A stretch of DNA of 64,000 bases from Octopus sinensis (taxonomy: Eukaryota). Positions 35,783 to 48,534 of this stretch are shown here, piece after piece. The stretch covers positions 1 through 64,000 of the forward strand of contig NW_021835974.1 of assembly GCF_006345805.1 (NCBI RefSeq), read 5' to 3'. The first letter of the stretch is position 1, and every line of letters begins with the position of its first letter. The notes below the pieces were generated by a model. The model was given only the letters and a program-made list of their open reading frames with translations. It had not been told where the DNA came from and did not search any database. A program made the translations under genes and the position numbers.

Positions 35783-38700
35783 GTGAGTTGAGCCGACTCC
35801 GACTACAGGGCTCAGAGTTTCTGTGAGAATACAAGCTCACTTGCGGCCCCTGGTCACATGCATACACATTTCAAAAGATAGGTCCTTCCCGAGTTATACA
35901 GACTCATAAGGACCTGTTTCCCGTTTTCCATGCCGTATAAATTTCCAACCTGGACAGGATGTCGGTCTCTTGCAGGACTTATCCATTTTTGCCGGCTGAG
36001 TAGACTGGAGCAACACGAATCGGCGACTAAAAATTAATATTTTAATATATATATCCTCGTTTTTATTGCTGGTTCATTCATCACTGGTAACACGGGATAA
36101 TACGGTACGCTTAATTGCGAACCATGTTACGCGTTATCATAGCTTGATTCGTAATAACACGAATCGGCGACCAATCGAAGATTCGACTTGTACCACAATA
36201 GGTATTTCGTCTGTCCTTACATTCTGAGTTCAAATTCTGCCGAGGTCGACTTTGTCTTGTATCCTTTCGGGGTTGATGAAATAAGTACCAGTTGAATGCT
36301 GGGGTAGATATAATTGACTTAACTACTACTGGGCATGAATATAAAAACTGCATCCCACTGTCAAGCCATGCTGAGCTAGTGTGGCAGAGTAGGCTCATTA
36401 AAACCAGTGTAATCTCAAGCTCAAATTCACGGCCTTCATAGCAGACCGTGGATGGGTGGAGAGACCATGCTGAGGATTTCGTCCTGCAGTGGACTGCACA
36501 TGGACAATCCAATCCAATCCAGTCTTTTATAGAGTGATACATTTACTACTTAAGTGGAGAATTCATAGCATTTGAACAAAGCTAAACACCGGCTCTTAAA
36601 ACATTTCAAGAATCGTTCAAGAATTTATGATTATAATACACTAATTCTGTCAAGTTGTTTAGAATAAGATGTGGGCAGTCAGTAAATCTACTGCGCCTTG
36701 TGGAGCACTCTCTAATCGAGATTATTGGAAAAGAGGCTTGACGAGTTGATAGAATTTATGCTTAATGATCAAAAGGTTAGTTGGGTGGGGGACTGAGTAG
36801 GTCATTGGATGGTTGGTTGGTCGGTCGGTCGGTCGGTCGGTTGTTTGGTTGGCTGGTTGGGTGATTGGTTGGTTGGTTGGTTGGTTGGTTGGTTGGTTGG
36901 TTGGTTGGTTGGTAGTTGCTGTTGTTGAAGCTGTTGTTGTCTAACTCCAGGTCAATCCAAACTGAACTGTTCTACGATCAAGAGTCATTCCAACCGTAAG
37001 AATCCTGTCTTGTTCGTGTGTGGAAAAGGACTTACAGATTATCCAATCTCTCCATGTGATTTAAGGAAAATTTGGCTGTCATTTCTAGCAGTTAGAGCGA
37101 CCACTTTGATGCTTCATCGTTAATTCATCGCAAACTTCTTTTATTCTCGTTGAATCGAATGAAGGGGTTTTTCATTAGTTGACCGAAATTCAATAGAAAT
37201 TGTCGGAGTTGAATGGGGGGGGGGCTTAGTGATATAAGTTTATAGCATCGTTGTAGGATTCCAAATAAGACATCTATGATTCCATGCAATGGTAGACAAA
37301 TTCAGAAATATCATGGAATAACTTTTAATTGCTTCCTTCTCCACAACCATACACAGACGTTGAACTCGCTATATAAGGCTTACAAAATATTTACCATTTT
37401 CATAGAACTTCAACTTATTACCGCCCTTTGGTGAATTTGACAGACAAGAATTCTGTTCCTTGGTTCCAGGCAAAAACTGCCATATCATAAAAAAATGATT
37501 GAAGATAACTAATTTTTTTTCCTTTAGCTTTTCCTGTTTACAGATATTATTTATTAAAACCATTCCATAATTTTTTGAAATATCTGTTTGAAATATACAA
37601 ATATATTTGTTCGTCTTCGTCTTTTAGTTCTGAGAGTACATTGGCCATAAGTCCTGCCAGAAGCCGTCTGATATCAACTTGCCCAATAAATGTCAAAGAT
37701 TACATATGAAAATATTACTTCAAAATTTAGAACTGCTTGAAACCGAGCATGAAATAAATATCAACAAAAATATAAAATACTCAAGACGTATTGGTGGCAT
37801 TAAAAATGAAAGGAAATAACAGACGGTTTCGAACGAAAATATGTTCCCTTTCAGCTAAAGAAATCCTAACTGTTCTACGTGAACTTACTTATCAATATAA
37901 CCAATATCATGATTTATGCAGATAAGTTAAATACGTACATTTTTACCAAACATTCACTTATACTACGTTAGATCAACAGAAATGTTTAAACATCAAAATA
38001 AAATGTCCTCCTGTCAAAAGAGAACGTACGACCCAACTAAAAAAATGGAGGCAAACAGTGTTATAAATAGCGTTCTAGTAGTAAAGTTAACTTTAAATAA
38101 ATACTAAAAGTTAATGTTCTTTCCCACATGAAAGGTATATACGGACATCAGTATAAATATGAAGTATCATAAAAACGTATACTAATAAATTTATAATATC
38201 AAATTATCCATTTAACAAGTTATTACAGTTGCTTACGGTATGAAAAACGGTTATTTTCAATACTAAAATATCACCTACCGAATAATTTTGTAATAAATTC
38301 AACAATCATATAAATATACATACATATAACATATATATATGTTTGTGGGTGTATGTATATGTATACATACATACACACATACATACATATATACATATAT
38401 ACATACATAAAATAAATAATAAATACAGATGATTATTCTGTTGTGTCTGGGGAGAGTCGTTTTCTTTTTGTGCCTTATTATGTAACACACTCACCGGTAA
38501 AATTTCCACTTCTTTCGCAAGACGCAACGAAAATTTTAGGAAAAAATTGCATGACGGTAGTTCAAGGTTTGAGAGGGAAGGAGTGGAGTTTGAGAGAATT
38601 AGGAGGGGGCTTAGAAGGGGTGAACCTGTGCAAAGTGAGAGAGCGTTGCTTTTTATGTGTGTGGGTTGTGGGCGTAGGTGTTTGAGTTGTGCAGGCCTGG

Positions 38701-38958
38701 TAAGCCTTCAAAATTCTCATAGAAATCGACCCATGATAAACAATGATGTGGCTATTAAAATTCAAAACAAGGCCTTGGTCGGCAGTGGGACTGAACCCGG
38801 AGCCACATGGTTAGGAAGCAAGTTTCTTACTACACAGCCACGCTTGCGCCTACATATATATATAAAAGCTACTTATATATATATATATATATATATATAC
38901 CACACACACAAACACACACACACACACACATATATATATACATATATATATATATAAT

Positions 38959-39008
<50 letters not shown>

Positions 39009-39009
<1 letters not shown>

Positions 39010-39480
39010 GAGAGGGTGCTGAAAAGTTCCTATCTTACATTCTCTGAAGATCTTACATGGCATTCCCTCATATACCATTACCCAAATTATCGTAAAGAGT
39101 TGGACTTCCTCTTCCGGGCCAGAAAAAATCTTTCAAATCTGATCCTTTTGCTGGTATGCTACAATACTCTACTAAGAGAAGTATACAAGCAGCACTCAGG
39201 TATTTTTTAAGTAGCTTTTATAATACTCGAGAAGCACTCAAATATGGTAGCACTCAGACATTAAGTAGCACCTACATTACTCAAGTAGCTCTCAAGTATT
39301 CAACTAGTAAGATATTCAAGTTACACTCAGAGAAAGTAGCACTCAAGTAACAGCAACAGTACTCAACAGATAAAGGTGTTCAAGTAATTCTCAGATACGA
39401 GGGTGGCTGAGAACGTCATTGGTTGAATATGACGGAGTGATGCTAGAGCTGTGAAATTTTACATGCATCCAACTCAAGAT
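39009..39480. mobile_element. Mariner-like terminal fragments flanking a degenerate AGCACTCA repeat
   Basis: GAGAGGGTGCTGAAAAGTTCC (39009) and TACGAGGGTGGCTGAGAA (39396) resemble mariner TIR starts; no transposase seen. Confidence 0.4.
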
Positions 39481-40242
39481 TAGCAGGTTCGTTCAGTAAT
39501 AGGCTAAAAACGCTGCTTCATAAAAGCATGTCTTTGTTTTTATTTTGCTTTGTTGTTTTTTTTTCTCTCTGACTCTTCAACATGTACAACAACATTCCTC
39601 TGAGCAAACAAACCTTATGTCACCACCGACTAATTTGCATGAAAATCCCAACCCACCCGCTTCTCCTATAATTATGCCTATTGTGTCTCACTCCCCAGAT
39701 TCTGCACTACGCTCCTTACACAAGCGCATTCCTCTCCTGACGAGAGCTATAAACCGCTTGAATTCCCTCCCGGACAACTAATTTTCCTGCGTATTCACAT
39801 CATCTACATCCATCACACCAGTTTGAGACAGACTGTTAAGGACACAGACAATTATTCTTCAGAATAATTAATAAAATGTATATGTTAATGACATGTACGT
39901 AATAGTTAACGGCACTTACTGATTAAAAATATAAAAAGAGTTTCAAAACAACCCAGAAGTAAAATTCAATTATGAAATAGATTCACAAAATATATTTAAA
40001 TTTCAAGATATTAAGGAATTTCTTTTTGTTTTTCTTTTCCTTTCTTCTTTTTTTATATCTTTCAGAAGTTGATAAAATATGCAATAGCAGATCCTTGTAT
40101 CGATATAATCAACTGTTAATTCCCACGAAATTAACTTAGATAAGGATTTTTTTTTTAAATAGTCGAAAATCAATGAGAGAAAAGAGCGAGCGAACGAATA
40201 ACTATGATAGTGTCTCCGATAGATAGACAGAAAGATATGTAA

Positions 40243-40314
<72 letters not shown>

Positions 40315-40315
40315 G

Positions 40316-40360
<45 letters not shown>

Positions 40361-40549
40361 GAAGAAATAAGTACATTGGTGAGTGAATAAACGAAAGAAA
40401 GTAAAACTCAACCCATTTGATGGGGTTTATAGATATATACTAGGAGAATCTGATAAGATGGACGAGTCCTTCGCACCCACGAAACTTTAAGCCATGTGAA
40501 GCTGAGCCAAACTGTAATTAAATACACACGCACGTACACAAACGCCATT

Positions 40550-40621
<72 letters not shown>

Positions 40622-40660
40622 TATATATATATATATATATATATAACCGTAACCCTTGGC

Positions 40661-40748
40661 TTCCTGCTGAAGATGGCAACGCCAATCGTAAATTAAAATT
40701 ATTTTATTCTATTTACAAAGATTGCCGAAACTATGCATAGTCCAGGAA
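40661..40748 (+). ncRNA. Type I hammerhead ribozyme with extended stem II
   Basis: TTCCTG-CTGAAGA-T-GGCAA...TTGCC-GAAA-CTA(TGCA)TAG-TC^CAGGAA; all three stems pair, GUC triplet. Confidence 0.85.
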
Positions 40749-40868
40749 AGATAGGGTAAACGTTTATTTCTCTTTCCATTTCAGAACTACAACTATTAGT
40801 GGTTTGGAGTTTAACTGCTCTTTCTAGTGAGTCAGATGTCCTATTATGGCCATCTCTTATATGTTTAA

Positions 40869-40903
<35 letters not shown>

Positions 40904-40943
40904 ATATATATAATATATATATATATATATAGATATAGATATT

Positions 40944-41097
40944 TGACGGGCTGCTTTCAGTTTCTGTCTACCAAATCTCCTCACAAAGCTTTGGTCCGCC
41001 CGAGGCAAAAGTTGAAGACACTTGCCCAAGTTGTCACGCAGTGGGACTGAACCCGGGATCATGTGGTTGCAGGTTCTTACCACAGCCAAGCCTGCGC
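40944..41097 (-). mobile_element. Family B SINE 5' part
   Basis: Matches the head and CORE region of other copies. Confidence 0.75.
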
Positions 41098-41279
41098 TTG
41101 TCTGTCTGTGTATATGTATGTATGTATGTATGTATGTACTGTATCCATATATGCATGTGTATATACATATATATGTAGATATGTACATATATGTATGCAT
41201 ATATGCATATACTTATATTTTAATTATATTATATATACATATATATACATGCGCAGATAGATAGATAGATAGATAGATT

Positions 41280-41401
<122 letters not shown>

Positions 41402-41807
41402 CAGACGGTGTTCTATTAAGAACAAATAATAAGTAATAATTAAAAATTAATGAATGAAATTATCTGTGTGGATATATAGATGATTGATGTACTTGATCAA
41501 AACTAAAAGCTCGCTGGAATTAAAATCCAATTTCTTGGGTCAAAGCTACACTGAATGCCACAAATGCATCTAGTTTTTATGCAATTTTCATCGTAACACT
41601 TCTTGGTAAATTATGAAGAGAAGATATCAGAGATAATTTAGAAACTGGTGTATCTGTTATCTGATGATTACTTGGTATAAACGGGTCATGAGTCTCTAAG
41701 TTTCGATGTATTATCATTAGCAGACCATATCATTTAATTTATCAACTTCACACACACACACAAACTCACGCGCAAATCTATCTATCTATATTTATGTGTG
41801 TGTGCGC

Positions 41808-41851
<44 letters not shown>

Positions 41852-41979
41852 TAAAAACACGAGCACAGAGTGTATATTAATTAGTTGAATAATGTATTAG
41901 ACGGCCTTTTGGCGACGAGTGAGGGAGAGGGAGAGAGAAAGAAACTGAATATTCTATGCATTAATCGTTCATTATATAC

Positions 41980-42044
<65 letters not shown>

Positions 42045-42471
42045 CATACATACATACATACATACATACATACACATACATATGTATATATATATATATA
42101 CACACATATATATAAACGTATACATATATACGTACATATATAAATATATATATATACATACACACATGCACACACATATATACGTACAGATTACTATAAA
42201 TATGTATATATGTATTCACATATTTCTGTTTCTATCTGTGTATATTCACATATCCATATTTATACATACGAGTATGAACATTTGTGCGTGCGCATGTGTC
42301 TATTTTAATAAAGACGGTGATTATATGACTTTCATTAGTTCGTATGTGATATACCAAGACTAAAGCTGAGATGAATAATTTTTACATATTCGATCTGAAT
42401 GCTATAGAGAAGAATAAGTGATGTAAGATCCGGTTGATTATGGCTCAAACAGTAGAGTGTGTCCGCATATA

Positions 42472-42503
<32 letters not shown>

Positions 42504-42776
42504 CATACGTATATTCATGCAACTATACATATATACATACAGTGTTTTGTACAGTTCATATATATTCATATGCACATACTTATAACTTATCTAAATTCCA
42601 GTGAGGGATTTTCGTTTTGTTTCTTTCTTAGAAACCAAGTCTATGGGAAATGAAACAATTAAAAACGAGAGATAACACACACATACATAGATAGATACAT
42701 ACATACATACAGTATATATATACATATATATACAGACACACATATATACATACATATATATGTGTGTGTATATATA

Positions 42777-44188
42777 CAGAATGCGGTGAATATGTTTTCG
42801 TCTAAATTGTGCAAAAATGTAAATAACACTGACATCTCATTTTAACAGATATATTTACCAAAATTACATAAAAAATATCTTGAAATACTAAAGAGTAAAT
42901 TTATTCAATAAAATTGCCTTTAGCTTCAACCAAGGTTTTCAGACGACTTCCGAATCTCCTGCAACTCTTCTGGATAGTCTCTTTGTTTTAAGTTGGTGAA
43001 TGCTGCCATAATCCTTGCCTCAATAAAATCATCATTGACTTCAACAACAGCCTCCAAACGACTTCGTAATCTCCTGCTGCTCTTCTGGACGGATTTCCTG
43101 TTTAAGTTGGTGAATCCTGGCCTTCAGTTCCCTTTGGTGTTACAAGGAGTTTTGTTGGTCTCTCGCTCAACTGTGCCCCACACATAATAATCAAGGGGGT
43201 TACAGTCTGGGGAGTTAGGTGGCCAGATGTTAGGGCTGATGTGGTTGCAGAAACTATCAGATAGCCATGACTGGGTTCTCCTGCTTGTGTGGCATGGTGC
43301 AGAGTCTTGTTGCCTGTCATAGGATGTTCCAGCAGCTACCCTCTTGACCCACGGCAGCACTACCTCCTCCAGGCTCTTGATGTAGGCTTCCATGTTTACT
43401 CTGAGGCCCTGAGAGAAGATGAATGGAGGTATAACGTTGCCACCACTAGTGATCACTCCAAGCATCATGAAGTTGACTGGATGTTTGATTTTTTTCAATC
43501 TCGGTACATGTTTTGGGGACACAGCAAGCCAATGGGTTTGTTCTGTGTGTTTACTATCTCATCTTGGCAGAAATTTCTTGCGTCTAAGAAAAACCAAAGC
43601 ATGTTTTGTTATAGGAGATGCTTGAGTTTGTTCAAAAGCTTCGTAGTGCGGGCTTTCCTTTTGTCCTTGATGGCTTGGGATAAAAATTGGCCCTTTCTTA
43701 CCTCTTATGAGGAATACCGAATGTTTTTATACACTACCTGCCTGATAAGAAATTCAGACACTCTCATGTCCATGGCGATGGACCTGGTTGACTTGGAGTG
43801 ATCGTAGTCCATCATGGCTTGAATCTCACATATAAATTCAAGGGTTCTTTTCCTATCAGAATGATCAGAGTGAGTTTTCCGAGCCACTGTACCTTCGTAA
43901 TCACTATGAAACTCATACAACTCTTTCTGAATCATCTGCACTCTCCTCAGATTGACACTCAAACACTCTGATATGTTCGTGCTGGAGCTTCCGGCGCGAA
44001 TGCCAAGCAGTACAGCAAACTGCTTCCAAATTTCCGGCAGGGTGACTAGCGTCATGGTGCTGTTTTTCTCACAGACGGTGCCTAACTGACCCTACTATAC
44101 TGTATAGTCGACAAAATTAAAGACAAACAATGCGCATACACGAAATTAAAAATATAAAATGGTGACAATTTAACCATTGCACCCTCTG
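42777..44188 (-). mobile_element. Tc1/mariner DD37D (maT-family) transposon, decayed
   Basis: Minus ORFs 43705-44055 (N-terminal part) and 43124-43522 with QQDSAPCH...WPPNSPDCNPLDY; 37 residues between Asp2 and Asp3; degenerate CAG-starting TIRs in TA context. Confidence 0.85.
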
Positions 44189-44735
44189 TGTGTGTATATA
44201 TATATATGTGTGTGTGTGTGTATGTATGTATGTGTGTGCGTATGTATGTATGTATGTATGTATGTATGTATGTATGTATGTATGTATGTATGTATGTGTG
44301 TATGTATGTATGTATGAATATTTAATAATTGATAGCGAATGCAGAGTGTGCTGTAAGCATTATTTAGCACAACGGCCGTTTCAGATTACATCTGCAATGC
44401 TCTTTATTGGGTGGGAAATGATATAATTGAATCGAATGCAACCCACAGTGCAGAAGAAACTTCATCAGGTAACATGATACTTTACAGTGTTATAAAATGT
44501 ACATTTTTTCCACTCTGTGTGGTTCTCAAGGCACACTACTAAGGACATACACAAAACAAGGTTTGGATACTACATTTTAAAGACTCCTGTCTAAAGTTCA
44601 ATTTCAAATATAGCCTATATATATATATATATATTATATAAAGATATGTAGAAGGTTGTAAAGAAACACACGAGTTGATATATATGGAAAAAAATAAGTC
44701 AAGATAGAAAATGCTAAAATAATTTTATAAAAAAC

Positions 44736-44780
44736 ATTTCAGTACCGGTTTCAGTCATTGAGATTTTTTCAACTGTAAAT
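44736..44780 (-). ncRNA. Variant type I hammerhead motif (U3-A8 core)
   Basis: ATTTACAG-TTGAAAA-AATC(TCAAT)GACT-GAAA-CCGG-TA^CTGAAAT. Confidence 0.55.
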
Positions 44781-45232
44781 ATGGAAAACAATTAAATTTT
44801 GCAATAATAAATCTCTGAACGAGATGTAAACAGTAACTGCACGACAATGTAAGGTATACTAGCCATCTCAATATGGCTAACCACTAAGGGTGGGTGTTAC
44901 TGTAGTTTGTAGCCCCAGGAGATCATCGTCTCCAGCTGGCTTTAGGCACACTTTCTGTGCTCTTATGGTATTTGCAAAGGGAGGTCATCCCTCTCTCGTC
45001 AATCTAAGTGATATGCACGGACTGCAGTTTCTAGGTATTTGCCTGTCTTCTGCGTACGGAAATCACCGGTTTCGATGAAGGGAGTCCGTTTGCAAATCCT
45101 TAAGAAAAGTTTTCTGAAAAGAATATTTTTATAGTGTTCAAATACAAGTGGCTTTTTCCTTGTTTCTGCCTGTCTCTGTCTCTCATGTTTACTCTTATAA
45201 ACAAGAGTTATGCCTGGCCTATAAAAAGAATT

Positions 45233-45292
45233 AAAAAATGTTTACAGCACCTAGGTTTCCCAAACAGTCACCCATCTAAGTCCTAACTAGGC
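45233..45292 (-). pseudogene. 5S rRNA 3'-half fragment with T-run
   Basis: Minus strand GCCTAGTTAGGACTTAGATGGGTGACTGTTTGGGAAACCTAGGTGCTGTAAACATTTTTT resembles the eukaryotic 5S 3' half; the 5' half is absent. Confidence 0.8.
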
Positions 45293-45604
45293 ATTTAAAT
45301 ACAAACAAGTGCACTTCCGCTTGGTTGCTTGATATGGTAAAAATAACACCTAAATATTTCTCAGCTCAGATCTTACAACTTTAGAAAAAAAGGGAAGGAT
45401 AAATCCATTTGATTGAGTAGTCAAATATTACAAATAATAAATTAGTTGAGATGGTCATTACTGGAACAGCTTTGGTTATAGTTGTCTTCTTTCAATGCTT
45501 ATTTAGATTTTTCTTCGACTGTGCTTTGAAAGTGTGTGTACCTGTGTGAGTTCTAAATAGACCGAGGTCGCCCCCTATTATTTTTCATTCATATCTTGCA
45601 ACTA

Positions 45605-45839
45605 CCTATTTCTTTACTACCCACAAGGGGCTAAACACAGAGAGAACAAACAAGGACAGACAAACGGATTAAGTCGATTACATTGACCCCCAGTGCGTAG
45701 CTGGTACTTAATTTATCAACCCCGAAAGGATGAAAGGCAAAGTCGACCTCGGCGGAATTTGAACTCAGAACGTAACGGCAGACGAAATACGGCTACGCAT
45801 TTCGCCCGGCGTGTTAACGTTTCTGCCAGCTCGCCGCCT
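45605..45839 (-). mobile_element. Family A SINE, full length
   Basis: Reverse complement of other copies. Confidence 0.9.
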
Positions 45840-46779
45840 TCATATCTTACAACTACCATCCTCAAAAGATGCACACTTATAGCCATTACTTAGCATTTAG
45901 TGTAAAATTTACTCGTCCTTCATTTGAATCTTACTTACAATGTAAACACGATTTCTTTTGGCTGTTATTCGTTATCTTTTCTTTTTTTTCTTTTTTTGCA
46001 ACAGAGAGAAGGCTTCCGGCAATGTATATTTTCTCTTGGTATAATAATTTCTAAAAAAAGAAAAGCATCATATTTCTTTTCCTCCAATTATTTTTGATAT
46101 TTAATTTAATTTTGGCTTCAATATTTAAATGAAGCTGAAATTTAATTAAATGATAAAAATAATTACAGCAAAAGGAATATATTTTTTAAGTATTTTACCA
46201 AAGGGGGAGAAATTAACATTACCGCAAGCCTTGTCTCCCTTGTGTAGAAAAAAACCGAACAGGTTAGAAGATGACGTCACACACACAAATGTGTGTGTAC
46301 GTAAGTGTTGTGGGGGGGGGGGTTGTGCACGCATGTATGTATGCGGGTGTATATATCACATAGGAAAATCAAAAATAAAAACAAAAACAGGAAAAAACAA
46401 CAAAAGTTAAAAGGACCAAACAATGAATGTATTAGATTGGCGCTCAGAAAAAAGTTTAAGACGACAAAAAGAGGGTGTGGTGACGTTCCGAGCATGGATC
46501 TTCGTGAGAAAGATGAAAGAGGGAAAAACGAGGAGAGAAGGAAAAAAAGCCGCGCGGTCGGAATGAACCTGAAAACTTAGTGTTTGCAAAGTGGTTTTCT
46601 TAACCATACAACCATGCATGCACCTGTGTAGAACAAATGATTTCATTGTTTCTGGACACCGACCTTTTGAAATTTATGCTGTCATTATGTACAATCGTGC
46701 ATTCATTATCCGCAACGATAAAAAACAAAACTTGGTGTTAGATATCACACTCCAGAGAAGTTTACAGAAAATATCAATA

Positions 46780-47060
46780 TGGATAATAATACTCTGGGAA
46801 ATATCGAATTCACACAGACGAAGGGATTAATTTAAATTGTCGAGATATGATTGTGAAAGCACATCGAGGAAGGAAATGTCTTGTAATTGATATATCAATC
46901 CCAACAGACAACGATATATCTCTGAAGGAAACGAAGAAACCATCTGACTATAAAGACTGTGAATAGAAATATTCAGAATATGGGAATTGAAGACATTCCA
47001 CATTGTAATAGGTGCCTGGGGGATGGAACGCAAAGAAACGTGGACAAATTTATAATAGAA
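46780..47060 (+). mobile_element. R4/Dong-clade LINE endonuclease remnant
   Basis: Decayed frame RDMIVKAHRGRKCLVIDISIPTDNDISLKETKKPSDYKD...IVIGA (PD-D/ExK-type). Confidence 0.7.
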
Positions 47061-47399
47061 ACACAGTAGAGACAGTGTATAAATAATTAGATAATTAACT
47101 AATTAGAGTAAAGACACTGTATGAATAATTAATTATTTTGAGCCCAAGGCTAGAAATATGAAGTTCAAGTCGTGGGTGTTTGGATCTTGCAGTATATTAA
47201 CAGAGCTTACTTTATCCACCCGGACGAAAAAAATGTCAAATTGGCTCAGACGTAAATTAAAATTGGAGATATTAAGGGAAAACGAATAAAACAAACTACT
47301 TGTATGGTTGTAATCATTCACGGCTGCATGAAGATACATACATACATGCATATATATATATATATATATATATAAAGCCTGCCATTTATGATACGTTCA

Positions 47400-47446
47400 G
47401 GCTTGCTGAAGAGTACGTAAGTACGAAATCACAGGTGATACAAGTC
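47400..47446 (+). ncRNA. Type I hammerhead ribozyme, copy 1
   Basis: GGCTTG-CTGAAGA-GTAC(GTAA)GTAC-GAAA-TCAC(AG)GTGA-TA^CAAGTC. Confidence 0.9.
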
Positions 47447-47857
47447 TATATTTTTTTAAATGTCTTGCTTTGAAAGATTGCATTCGGTGGGATTAGTAAA
47501 ATATTTGGTAGAAATGACTTTTTGTCCCTCTTAGCGTGTGGCATCTATGTATAATAAAGCCCTCTATATATAAATTAACATGTTCAATAAGAAAAAATTA
47601 TTTTCGAAATTTTTCTCTTATGAGGTTTTTCACGCTATCTACCTGATAATTTCTTATTAAGATTCCTTATTAAGAAGTTGTCCTTAATTGCTAAATAATT
47701 TTATTCCGAAAAAACTTTTCCTATCCGAAATGCAATTCGAAGAAGCTTGCCATTTACCGGATGTAATATATGTAAACTCCCCCATGTGCTTCGTTGACGT
47801 TGAACAGTTAGCTGCTTGGCTTCGACGAGACAGGGTCGTTTATTTATGATACGTTCA

Positions 47858-47903
47858 GGCTGCTGAAGAGTACGTAAGTACGAAATCACAGGTGATACAA
47901 GTC
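47858..47903 (+). ncRNA. Type I hammerhead ribozyme, copy 2
   Basis: Same as copy 1 except a 1-nt deletion in stem I (GGCTG). Confidence 0.85.
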
Positions 47904-48027
47904 TATATTTTTTTTAAATGTCTTGCTTTGAAAGATTGCATTCGGTGGGATTAGTAAAATTTTTGGTAGAAATGACTTTTTGTCCCTCTTAGCGTGTGGC
48001 ATCTATGTATAATAATGCCCTCTATAT

Positions 48028-48061
<34 letters not shown>

Positions 48062-48064
<3 letters not shown>

Positions 48065-48448
48065 CAAAAACAATTAAGATTCAAGTGAATTCCAATGAAT
48101 TCAATTGAATATGGTACTTAACTTAGATGCACCAGAATCAATTATGGCATTAACCATAAAATAATGTGGGGTGATTATACCCAAGAAAAAAGCAACAAGA
48201 ATGGATTAGTAGTTTAGTACAATTGTTTCATACTAAGAACAATTTTATTTGAAGCTGCAAATATTGCAGCAAATACAAATGTCCAGTATTCATCAGCTAA
48301 ATCCCATATATGTTTTCCAGACATCCTAGAGAGTTATGAATACTGGACATTTGTATTTGCTGCAATATTTGCAGCTTCAAATAAAATTGTTCTTAGTATG
48401 AAACAATTGTACTAAATACTAATCCGTTCTGTTGCTTTTTCTCGTGGG

Positions 48449-48452
<4 letters not shown>
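48062..48452. mobile_element. Short fold-back element of the same family as 3910-4848
   Basis: Arms about 48185-48293 and 48336-48442; 48062-48180 is homologous to the reverse complement of 4731-4848. Confidence 0.85.

Positions 48453-48534
<82 letters not shown>

Larger units (their letters stand above)
47384..48035 (+). mobile_element. Hammerhead-bearing direct-repeat element (retrozyme or Penelope pLTR tandem)
   Basis: 194-bp repeats 47384-47577 and 47842-48035 (4 differences), 264-bp spacer, (TA)n on both sides. Confidence 0.85.

Noticed and set aside
40449-40490. CTGATAAG...CGAAAC as a hammerhead
   Set aside because: G8 is lost without compensation and stems I and III do not form.
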